A stretch of 61,717 bases of DNA, the filler included, from Nemertoderma westbladi (Eukaryota > Animalia > Xenacoelomorpha), in assembly GCA_032718475.1 (NCBI GenBank). It is 3 parts of 3 records of this genome, joined end to end, with 100 filler letters (N's around TTAATTAATTAA, not from the genome) between each part and the next. Parts side by side here need not be neighbours in the genome. Positions count along the whole stretch, not along the records: positions 1 to 29,947 come from JAUCBJ010007754.1; 2 more parts are not named here. One strand, written 5' to 3'. The notes beneath the pieces were generated by a model. The model saw only the letters and a program-made list of their open reading frames with translations. It searched no databases and had not been told where the DNA came from. Numbering within the stretch: the first letter of the stretch is position 1; each line of letters begins with the position of its first letter. A program made the translations under genes and the position numbers. Positions 1-10,168 of this stretch are shown here, piece by piece.

Positions 1-2175
1 AATAAACTCAGTCAACCATGGTCAAAATGGTCTAGTGAGATTTCTCTTCTGTCAAAAATGACAATACCAAGGGTTTACCTTGGTTCATCACCTCCTGAAG
101 ACATTTTGTACTATGAGATACACAACTTCTCGGATGCTTCTAAGGTTGCCTACGGCTGTGTAAGTTATCTAAGAGTTGTATCTCCAGAGTCAGTTGATGT
201 AACTCTTCTGTTTTCTAAGAGTAGAATGGTTCCCATTAAATCTACGCAAAGCACTCCTCGTTTGGAATTGCAGGCTGCTAAATTAGCAACAGGTGTTAGC
301 ACTAATATGGTAACTGAACTTGGCCTCTCAATATCCCAAACGCATTTCTGGACAGACTCTACAGTTGTTCTATCTTATCTTCATAACACAACCACCCAGT
401 TTAAATGCTATGTGGCAAACAGGGTGGCCTCAATTCTTCGCGTTTCAGAGTTAGACCAGTGGCATCATGTTCCTGGTATATCCAATCCAGCTGATGATGT
501 GAGCCGTGGACTGTCTGCTCGTGCCCTTATTGATTCTACTCGTTGGTGGCATGGTCCAGAATTTCTCAGTGAGAGAGTTGATAACTTCCCAGAATTTGTC
601 CCTACTTCTTGCATTGAATTAGCTTCAGAGCAGGTGTATTCACTTACCGTAGCCCCAGACCCTGAGTTAAAGTTTTCAGCCGATGGCTTAACTCTCTTGC
701 TAAATCACTCATCATCATGGAATAAGTTACGAATAATCATAGCTTGGCTTATCCGTCTTTGTAATTCCTTTACCTCACCCGATTCCGTTCTATCTTTAAA
801 AGGAACTATGGTTTCTATTGAAGAGATACAACGAGCAGGTATGTGCATTGTGCGTTTTGCACAATCTCAGCTTTACCCTACAGAGCTGAAATGTCTTCGC
901 AATTCCTCACCAGTGCACATTTCCAGCCCATTGTCACGGCTTTGCCCTAAGATATTCGATGATGGCATTGTCAGACTTGGCAGTCGCATTGCATCTGCGC
1001 CAGTTTCATTTGATGCTGCCTATCCCATCATTCTTTCGAAATCACACCCCCTTGCAAAAATATTGGTTTGGAGCACTCATGTAAAATCTGGCCATTCCGG
1101 ACGTGACCAGGTCACTATCACAATTCGTCAACAATTCTGGATAATCGGACTCCAGTCATTATCCCGTTCTGTAATCAGTAAATGTTTTCTTTGTCGTAAG
1201 AAACATGCTCGTAGGATGGAACAGCTCATGGCACCACTACCTAAGTCTAGACTTACTCCATATGTTCCTCCATTTACTTATTCTGCTGTAGACATGTTTG
1301 GCCCTTTGCGAGTCAAGTATCGTAAAACTCGTAGTACTTCTACTATAAAGCGTTATGGCATTCTTTATACATGTCTAAACTCTCGTGCCATATCTTTAGA
1401 TATTGCTGCTGATGCATCAGCAGATGCCTTCATCAACTCATTCAGGCGTCATATTGCACGTCGAGGTACTCCTAAGGAGATATTGTCTGATAATGGATCC
1501 AACTTTGTTGGTGCCGACTCAGAAATGAAACAAAACATTGAACTCTGGTCCGAAAATTTCATTTCTGATTTAAAACCATTAGGAGTAACATGGCGTTATA
1601 TTCCCCCAGGGGCACCCCATATGGGTGGAGTTTATGAGAGATTGGTTAAAATGACTAAAGAAATTCTGTACGGCCTACTGCAAGGTGCCCTAGTTACAGA
1701 TGATGTACTTTTAACCACTTTAGCCGAGGCTGAATCTATTGTAAATAGTAGGCCCCTCTGTACTGTAACTGACGACCCTACTTCTGACGACGTCTTGACA
1801 CCCAATCACTTACTTATCCAACGTCCCGCCTATAACTACCCTCCCGGACCATTTGACGACAGTGACACCTACTCTCGCCGGACCTGGAGGCAGGCACAAC
1901 TTATATCGAACCACTTCTGGAACAAGTGGCTCAGGGAGTACGTCAGCACGCTCCAGATTCGCCACAAGTGGCATCGAAAACGTGGAAATCTCCAGGTCGA
2001 TGACGTTGTCCTTCTTCATGAAGATGTTCTACCTCGAAACTCATGGCGGTGGGGTAGAATCGTAAAGACATTCCCAGATAAATCCGGATTGGTTCGATCT
2101 GCCGAAGTTAAAACTCCTGTTGGTGTCTACAAAAGACCAATTAGAAAGATGTGTCTTTTGGAGGAAGCAACCTGA
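1..2175 (+). CDS. BEL/Pao LTR retrotransposon Pol polyprotein, C-terminal part (RNase H-like/peptidase A17 region, integrase, DUF5641-like tail); 5'-partial
   Basis: Frame is open from base 1. Motifs: HNFSDASKVAYG, TPRLELQAA, FWTDSTVVL, WHHVPGISNPADDVSRG, integrase zinc finger (H..GH...CFLC), VDMFGP, SDNGSNF, APHMGGVYERLV, FWNKWLREY. These are typical of BEL/Pao Pol. Confidence 0.95.
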   Translation, partial: NKLSQPWSKWSSEISLLSKMTIPRVYLGSSPPEDILYYEIHNFSDASKVAYGCVSYLRVVSPESVDVTLLFSKSRMVPIKSTQSTPRLELQAAKLATGVSTNMVTELGLSISQTHFWTDSTVVLSYLHNTTTQFKCYVANRVASILRVSELDQWHHVPGISNPADDVSRGLSARALIDSTRWWHGPEFLSERVDNFPEFVPTSCIELASEQVYSLTVAPDPELKFSADGLTLLLNHSSSWNKLRIIIAWLIRLCNSFTSPDSVLSLKGTMVSIEEIQRAGMCIVRFAQSQLYPTELKCLRNSSPVHISSPLSRLCPKIFDDGIVRLGSRIASAPVSFDAAYPIILSKSHPLAKILVWSTHVKSGHSGRDQVTITIRQQFWIIGLQSLSRSVISKCFLCRKKHARRMEQLMAPLPKSRLTPYVPPFTYSAVDMFGPLRVKYRKTRSTSTIKRYGILYTCLNSRAISLDIAADASADAFINSFRRHIARRGTPKEILSDNGSNFVGADSEMKQNIELWSENFISDLKPLGVTWRYIPPGAPHMGGVYERLVKMTKEILYGLLQGALVTDDVLLTTLAEAESIVNSRPLCTVTDDPTSDDVLTPNHLLIQRPAYNYPPGPFDDSDTYSRRTWRQAQLISNHFWNKWLREYVSTLQIRHKWHRKRGNLQVDDVVLLHEDVLPRNSWRWGRIVKTFPDKSGLVRSAEVKTPVGVYKRPIRKMCLLEEAT

Positions 2176-2861
2176 CTCCAGCACCTCTTTAGTACCTCTC
2201 ATCCATGACATATTTTACCTAAATTCTTTCTACATATATTGTGGACCCACATATTTTGGAGATTTTTAGTTAAATTCGTTTCGATTTATTTCAAGTTACC
2301 GCTATAACTTCTATGTAACTTCTATATAACTTAATTATATTGTCTTATGAACTGTATGCCGTATTACCGTACATAACATACATACCTATTATGTAAATTA
2401 ACGAAGTTAACGTCCTATTGTACTTGTACTTCGCATATATGTAGTACAGTACATATATGCACAAACTCACGTGGTTGTGTCTACTACATAGTTTTTAGTT
2501 GTTAAAGTTTCAAATTTATTTTGGAGGTGTATTACATATCATATACATTGCATTGCTTATCTATAAAATATCTCAAATCTCATACCGGTATATATATTTA
2601 GTGCAGTGTGTAAACTCATTTTTCTCTTGTATAATTCATTCATATACTTCTGTAATTTCATAACTTCTAACAAATCCTTTCTTTCATTATCGCCTCGTGG
2701 ATCAAGTTCATTGATCAAAATAATAAATAAATAAAAATAAAAATTTGAGACAATTATAATAATATATACATATTTACTTAAATGTATATATATATATGAC
2801 TATATATAATCTAAAAAATAATCATCAATAATAAATAATCCCTTAATAACATAATCATAGC

Positions 2862-3071
2862 GTACTGTACAGTATGTGTACCCTGGTAAAAGAGGGATTC
2901 CACAACATCACTCATATAACCTATTCCCCGTCTTACTAATATAATCATCTTGTACAGTAAGTGTACCCAGGTAAAAGCGGGATTCCACAAAATCAACCAT
3001 TTAATGATCCCCTATGTCCCACTAACAACATCTGTACTGTATAGTGGTCCCAGGTTAAAGCGGGATTCCAC
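2862..3071 (+). repeat. Three ~40-bp direct repeats, about 85 bp apart, in the retrotransposon 3' UTR
   Basis: Consensus GTG(T/G)(A/T)CCC(T/A)GGT(A/T)AAAG(A/C)GGGATTCCAC at about 2876, 2961 and 3043, separated by less similar sequence. Confidence 0.8.
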
Positions 3072-3175
3072 GCATTCATACATTTAACCCCCCCTCTGGA
3101 CATATAAATAATCTCAATTAATTATAAATTTTATATTGACAAATTATTGCTGTTGTTGCAATAATTTGGGGGGAC

Positions 3176-3587
3176 TGTCACGGCTTTCGGCGTCCTTACC
3201 CCCTCAAAAAACGTAAAAAATATCTTATATATTTCATTCATTATCATTATCTTCATTAACATTCAAATTTCCCGCCAACACTAATAATCTGATACATTCT
3301 TCACTCTGTCACCTATAAATACTGGACGTACTGCTATTTCATTCATTCATTCTGATGAATAGAATCACACGGACATCAGACTTTCTGCTCTGTGTCCACC
3401 AGCTACTGACTGCATCTGTCAGTAGCTACTTTATCCTTTATCTGTTTCTAGCAGTCTCTTAGACACCCGTCTATGCGGCTGTATAAACGCCAGTATTTCT
3501 TTTGAACTGTGCGTGTGCGTTCCATTTTCATCACTACACTGCATGATTATTGTCATCCCTTTTTGGCTCATATCGCATTTAGTGACA
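3176..3587 (+). mobile_element. 3' LTR of the BEL/Pao element
   Basis: Polypurine-like tract GGGGGGAC directly precedes TGTCAC at 3176; inverted terminus GTGACA at 3582-3587; TATAAAT at about 3314. Confidence 0.75.
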
Positions 3588-3824
3588 TGCCTGATTTAGG
3601 AAATAAATAAGCGGAAGGTTTTATAGTAAAGAATATTTATTTTAGAGGCCATTGGCAATTAACGTTTACATGCTCAGGTGATGAAATTACGCCAAGCGCG
3701 CCAGCACGGTAGAATACGGGCTGACAGGCGTTAGTATTACAGCCGCCAAATGAAGGTTTTACCGGCAAAGCCTCATAAAATAACCAAAAGCGACCCAAAC
3801 CGCTTTCCCACTGTTTAGCCGGGA

Positions 3825-4730
3825 CAAGATGATCTAGCAAATGTCATGGGTGACAGGGTGTTGTTGCGTCGCAATTTTATCGACAAGCCGGCACAGCATT
3901 CTTAATATATATGTAATACATATATAATGCAGCTTCAATGCAGCATGCCGATCGTAGTAGTAGTAATTCATTATGCCAAGTACAATGCACACATCTCCAA
4001 CCAGACACTATAAAACATTGGACGTGTCTCATTGGTTCCCCCAAGCTTGACACTAGAACAAAGCCGCCTCCGCTTTGAAGGACATTGCTTTCGCCGTGAG
4101 GACCAGCCAGTGCATAATCTTGTGCTTTGGATGCCTCATGGAGTGAATATGCATAGTGGACAGCCCATGACTTTCTTGAGACGCATCTTGAAGGACACTG
4201 GCTTTGAAGATGCGGATGATCTAGCAAAAATGTCATGGGTGATTGGGAGTTGTGGCGGCGCAATTTTGACGACAAGCCGGCCCAGCATTCTTAATATATA
4301 TTATGTAATATATATATAATGCAGCTGCAATGCAGCATGCCTATCGTAGTAGTAGTAGTTCACTGTGTGAAGTACAATGCACACATCTCCAACCAGACAC
4401 TATAAAACATTGGAGGTGCCTCTCATTGGTTTCCCCAAGCTTGACACTAGAACAAAGCCGCCTCCGCTTTGCAGGACATTGCTTTCGCCGCGAGGACCAG
4501 CCAGTGCATAATCTTGTGTTTTGAAGGCCTCATTGGGTGAATAAGCATGGTGGACAGCCCATGACTTTCTTGAGACGCATCTTGAAGGACATTGGCTTTG
4601 AAGATGATCTAGCAAATATCATGGGTGATAGGGAGTTGTGGCGGCACAATTTTGTCGACAATCCGCCGGAGGACAGAGCTTTCTTAAAAATGCAGCTCCA
4701 ATGCAGCATGCCGATCCTAGAAGTAGTAGT
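3825..4730 (+). mobile_element. Tandem (~387-bp unit, about 2.3 copies) degenerate 3' ends of an RTE-like LINE with (GTA)n tails
   Basis: GATGATCTAGCAAA recurs at about 3829, 4215 and 4603. Translation RLRFAGHCFRREDQPVHNLV matches the C-terminus of the LINE at 38250-38460. Confidence 0.75.
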
Positions 4731-7154
4731 TCGGTACCAGAACAAAGAAAAGGTGTATTCAATTGTCATACCAGATAGTAATGATAGTGGGGAAGATGGA
4801 TCTGATACTATTTTACCAAATATTATTGCTACCATTAATGCTCATTGTTGTTCCTGAACAACATTCATTAAAAATATTCAAATAATAAAAAAAAAAAATT
4901 TTTTGGCATTAATGTGTTCTTTTAGACTGTTTTTAGTTTATCTAACCTAAAAAAAAAAATTTTAAACCAGTAAAAATAATTCGAGCAGCAAAGGGTTAAG
5001 ACATTATTTGAATAATAAGTACAGGTAGTACTGTATATGGCGTGATTAATACTAGTATCTGGCGTGATTATGGCTACCTTTTTCATTACAACAATAATTA
5101 TTTATTACATGGAAAAAAATGTTGAAAATGTTTTCACTATTCTCGAGGCATTTTATTTACCGAGCGCTACCGAGGTTAATAAAGGGTCGAGAAAATAATG
5201 AAAAAAATATTCTAATTTTTTCCCATGAAATAAGCAATTTTATTCTTAAAAGTTCTATTCAATTCTCAAAAGATAGAGCGATATAGTGTTACAAAATAAA
5301 CTGAACTGTATTTTGCATTTTACTATATTGCTTGATTCAAATTATTGCAAAATGAAAACCTTTTACAAAATGAAAAATAAACATGTGCGAAATTAAGAAG
5401 AGTCGGGGGAGCAAGTGTCCAACTTGATCGGGACGGAACTGTCCAGAGGGGGGGGGGGGGGGGGGGGGGACCGGACATCGGAGCCTGTCTCTATCTGCCA
5501 ACATGCTGCGGGCTTTACACTCAGCCTCTATTCACTGGCTGTGATTGACAAGTCAACGTGCCTCAGGAGTTCCTTTCATGAATGCCGCAGTTTATATTTG
5601 GCCATTTTGGACATTTTGGCCGCCAAAATGACCAAGTTAATACTTATTGGGATTGGAACTGTACATGAAAGGCAATATTATCAAAGGCTATATTCTAGAA
5701 TATTAATTCGCTTTTTTTTCCGATAATAAGTAATAAAATATATATAAAATAATAATAAAATATCATAAAAAATATTAAACCATCAATAATAATTAATAAG
5801 ATTAACTAAATTAATTAAAAGCTTGAAATTAATATTCTAGATAATAAAATCATCAGAACTATAACGATTTACGTCTGAAATTGCGTGCTCTTGAATTCTA
5901 TCTGAACATTTTTTTGGGGGAATTGAAAATGGCTTTCATATTAGATTCGGAATATCAAGTATATTTAAAAAAAATAAAATAAAATGGACACGTTTTAATA
6001 GTTGTAAACTGTTAAAACCATGTAAACTGTAGCGAAATAATAAAAAAAACAAAAATTCTGCGGTAAGCATTCGTAAAACATTCGTAACGCATTCGTATAG
6101 CGTGGGAAACATTCGTATACGGGGCGCATCCGTATAGTGTGCGGGAAACATTCGTATATAACACGCGGGACGCATTCGTATAATGTGCGGGATTCGAATA
6201 AGGTTCGTATTAGATTCGATATGCGAATAAAGGATGCGTATTTGGTTCGGTTTTCGCATTCGTATCGGTTCATCTATGTAACATTTCAGAATGCGATACG
6301 AATGCGGATTATTTACTGCGAAGATATTTAACGAGTAGTTGTATCATGATCAACGACCTTGAAAACCATTATTACCCAAACAAAGGCATAATTTAACCGT
6401 ATGAAATTTTTGCTACTTCTAATTTTCATCCTGGGGTATCAGAAAGGCTCAAAAAATGACGTTTGACTTACCAGATATATTTTTTGTTTCATTATGTCAA
6501 CTTATCAGCGTTCTGGTGAATTACTCGTAACGCTGCAAAGTACTACTTTGCAGCATTGCGGCCTATAGGACGGGACGCTTCAAAGTAATCAATGACATAG
6601 TTTTCAGCGTTAAAGACCTTTATTTATATAAACCTCCCTCGCTGCGCTCGCTTTGTACATAAATAAATTTGGGTCGTAAAGCTGCAAAGTGCTACTTTAT
6701 TGCACACAATGATGTAAATAGTTATAACAAGTTTAATCGTGATCAGTGACCTCGAAAACCCATACACCTTCGGAATTATCAAAGCAAACACATTTTTTTT
6801 GTGTTCTAACTAATAGATAGGGTTTATATCTGAGATAGTCTGTTTTGGCAAGTAAGAATGAATGCCTAGAACTTCCGGATAAACAAAAAATGTATACATG
6901 CCAAAACAGATTATATCTGAGATAGACGGTTTTGGCATACAGTGCAAATGTCTATGAAAACATAAAAGCAAATACGCTCTATCTCACATTGCAGCATTGT
7001 ACTATTATTATTATTATTATTTAACAGTTAAATATTAATTAAAATAAAGACACCGGAGAAAAACAAACCAGGTACACTTATGAAAACGAATAAAGAAAAC
7101 AAATACGGTAAACCAGGTACACTTACGGTAGGTTATATAGAGCATACAAATTTG

Positions 7155-7320
7155 CAACAGTTTAAAATAAATCTAAAATAGTTCAAAATATCTACAAAGT
7201 TTTAAAATAGTTTAAAATAAATCTAAAATAGTTCAAAATATCTACAAAGTTTTAAAATAGTTTAAAATAAATCTAAAATAGTTCAAAATATCTAAAAATT
7301 TATAAAATAGTTTACAATAA
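7155..7320. repeat. ~50-bp AT-rich tandem repeat (about 3 copies)
   Basis: AAAATAGTTTAAAATAAATCTAAAATAGTTCAAAATATCTACAAAGTTTT is repeated. Confidence 0.8.
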
Positions 7321-7439
7321 AAATAACGTATTAGCAGATAAAATTCGACATTTAGTACATAAACCCACTTAAAAAAAAACATGAAGGACAGACAACATTA
7401 CAATAACTGGTTATATTATTATTAAAACATTTTTATCAC

Positions 7440-8040
7440 ATAGCTCGGTTAAAATAACAAAAAGAAAGTAGATTCAGGCCTTTAACTTTACAATGAGTTA
7501 ACAATATCAGCAGGGAGCCTGTACGTAAATAGGTCTGTAAATAGGTCGTAATAAGGTCTGTACGCAAATATATTTTTACACATTAACAGTCGAGACTGCC
7601 GGTGGTGCAACTTGCGGTCATGTCCTCTCAACCCAGCCCTAGGAGCCAAGCTGAAGAAGTCAGAAGTATTTAAGTCAATATCGTGATGATATATAGCAAA
7701 GGTCATCTTCAGGTCATAGATTATTCGTCGGACTTCTAATGGTTGCAACTACTGTAGGTCAGTAAGGCGATCTAAATAACTTAACGAACAATCTAAATTA
7801 CAACGTTTAAAAAGGCGGCGTGTAAAATATCGCTGGACACGCTCAATTAAATCTATACTTCCTAAATGATGGAGACCACACTGATGTACAGTATTCTAAC
7901 AAGGGTCGCACATAAGATTTGTAAGCTATAATTAATGCACTACGGTTGTTGGTGTGAAAGCACTTAAATATAAGGTTGATCATTTCTAAAGCCTTTGCAG
8001 ATTGTTCACGACAATTGGTATCAAAAATAAGTTTACTGCA
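7440..8040 (-). pseudogene. Decayed CR1-type LINE ORF2 3' fragment
   Basis: Minus-strand translation gives YKSYVRPLLEYCTSVWSP, LEVRRIIYDL and GLRGHDRKL, with frameshifts. Confidence 0.8.
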
Positions 8041-8404
8041 CTATGTACAGTAGATCGAAGTTTCAGTTAAAAATATGCTGTTCAAAGAATTCTATGACTA
8101 TATCTTACCTAATGACATCATTTCACAGGATTTCCACCAATCGGGAATCAAATGACAGGCCTGGAATGTATTTTGCTTTTTCTCAAAACTATGTAAAAAT
8201 GAGATAAGACGGTTTGGGCATTTAAGGGCCGGAAGGCCGCCAGGCATAAGACAGTATCAGAATATAGCTCTATAGCTGTAGCAAATTATTCTAGCTACAA
8301 CTTTTCAGTGAATAATTCTTAAATTTAATACATATTATATTATAATTGTTAAATTTTAATTGGAGAATATTGACATTAGTCGGATATACTTGATACTCCT
8401 ATAG

Positions 8405-9500
8405 TTGATACTTTGGTTAGAATCCAGGCACCAGGCTGGAATTCCGACAGGAAACAAGCAAGCCATGATGTCCAATTCACAGCCCCAACCTAAGCGGCTG
8501 TCTATAGATCAGACTACGGCATCATCTGTCAATAATCGCAATTCGATGGGTAGTACCGGCGACGTCAAAACCAGTAGGAAATCGAAGAAAGAGGCAAAAG
8601 GAATCACAAAGTCGCTACCACCAAGTCCAAAGAAATGGGTTAAGACTTCCGTGGCATGTTCCCTTTGTGCTACAGTCTGGACTGAAATAGAGGTCACAAT
8701 GGAAGTCTCTCGACGAGACAACTTCGCATCAAACCGGTTTTCATGTGGATTCTGCGCAGCCAGCCGTATTACGAAGTTGGAAGACGTTATATACCAACTA
8801 AAGGAGGAATTGTCAGAGTCAACTAAATCCATGGTGGTTGAGGAAATTCGATGTCATACGCATACAGACATTGAAGAAGACTTCAATCTGGTTTTGGAAC
8901 ATGATCTTTCAACTTTACGCTGCGAACTGGAGGTCCGAATCCAAGACGTTGAATCCTCGCAAGCAGAAGCTCAAACCAAACTTGAGAACCAGGAATTACG
9001 CATACCACTAGTTGAAGGACAGGATGTTGATGAGGAAAGCGGGGAATCATGGGTTAACGTTGTCCGACGTAACACAAAGAACCTAAAAGATCTCCATCAG
9101 AAAGTGAATACCAGTACCAACGCCAGTAAACCGAATACTAATATGATCGATATCGAAAAAGCGATTTGTATGAATGACCAGCGCAAGTGCAACGTCGTGT
9201 TAAGGCATATTCCGGGCGATAAGGGCGCGATTAACACCAGTCAACAGCGGACCGATGATGGGAAGTTTCTCCGGGATGCTCTGCATGAGAAGCTTTCCAT
9301 ATACTAACTCTATTCGGCTGGGTAAACCACGAGAAGATGGTTCTCCACGTCCTCTACTACTAACATTTAATACCCACAAAGAAGCCCTCAAAGTTCTTTC
9401 CCGTAAAACCTTTGTAGTCGGAGATACACAGCTATTTTGATAGAGATCTGTCTGCGTACGAACGGGAGATGGAATTTAAGGCGCGTGTCAAACGACGAAG
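8405..9500 (+). CDS. CR1-type LINE ORF1 (frameshift near 9300)
   Basis: Cys pairs (CSLC...CGFC), coiled coil, RKCNVVLRHIP; the next frame continues IRLGKPREDGSPRPLLLTF. Lies directly upstream of an APE-RT ORF. Confidence 0.8.
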
Positions 9501-9618
9501 CCAGCGCAATTCGGGAGAAAAACGTGATCCACCGATCCACACACGCGTTAACCCGGAAATAATTGAAATCCCGATAGATTTATCCGAAAAAGTAGACTGA
9601 CTATATTCCAATAACGCC

Positions 9619-10168
9619 ATGGCGGCGCCACCCGGACCTCCACGGACCCTCACAGCTCCGTCCGACCGCGCCTCGGCGGACCCCGGCGGCGCCACCCGGA
9701 CCTCCTCGGACTCCGACTGCTCTGTTCGCGCCTCGGCGGACCCCGGCGGCACCACCCGGACCTCCTCGGTCTCCAAATGCTCCGTTTGCTCCACTGCGGA
9801 TGCCAGCGGCGCCACCCGGACCTCCACGGACCCTCACAGCTCCGACCGCGCCTCGGCGGACCCCGGCAGCACCACCTGGACCTCCTCGGACTCCAACTGC
9901 TCCGTTTGCGCCTCGGCGGACAGCGGCGGCGCCACCCGGACCTCCTCGGTCTCCGACTGCTCCGTTCGCGCCACAGCGGACCCCGGCAGCGCCACCTGGA
10001 CCTCCTCGGACTCCGACTGCTCCGTTCGCGCCTCGGCGGACCCCGGTGGTGCAACCCGGACCTCCTCGGACTCCGACGGCTCCGTTCGCGCCTCGGCGGA
10101 CCCCGGTGGCGCCACCCGGACGTCTTCGGACTCCAAATGCTCTGTTCGCGCATCGGTGGACCCTGGCG
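9619..10168 (+). repeat. 60-bp GC-rich tandem repeat (about 9 units) at the start of LINE ORF2
   Basis: Unit approximately GGCGCCACCCGGACCTCCTCGGACTCCGACTGCTCCGTTCGCGCCTCGGCGGACCCCGGC; encodes APPGPPRTPTAPFAPRRTPA in the ORF2 frame. Confidence 0.95.

Noticed and set aside
2862-3071. Mini-CRISPR (repeat-spacer-repeat)
   Set aside because: Only three imperfect copies, inside a eukaryotic retrotransposon UTR, with no cas genes.
3351-3390. Hammerhead ribozyme core (CTGATGA) in the LTR
   Set aside because: No suitably placed GAAA or supporting stems were found.
3850-3855. Alternative LTR end (GTGACA)
   Set aside because: It lies inside the repeated LINE 3' fragment; 3582-3587 is the more plausible end.
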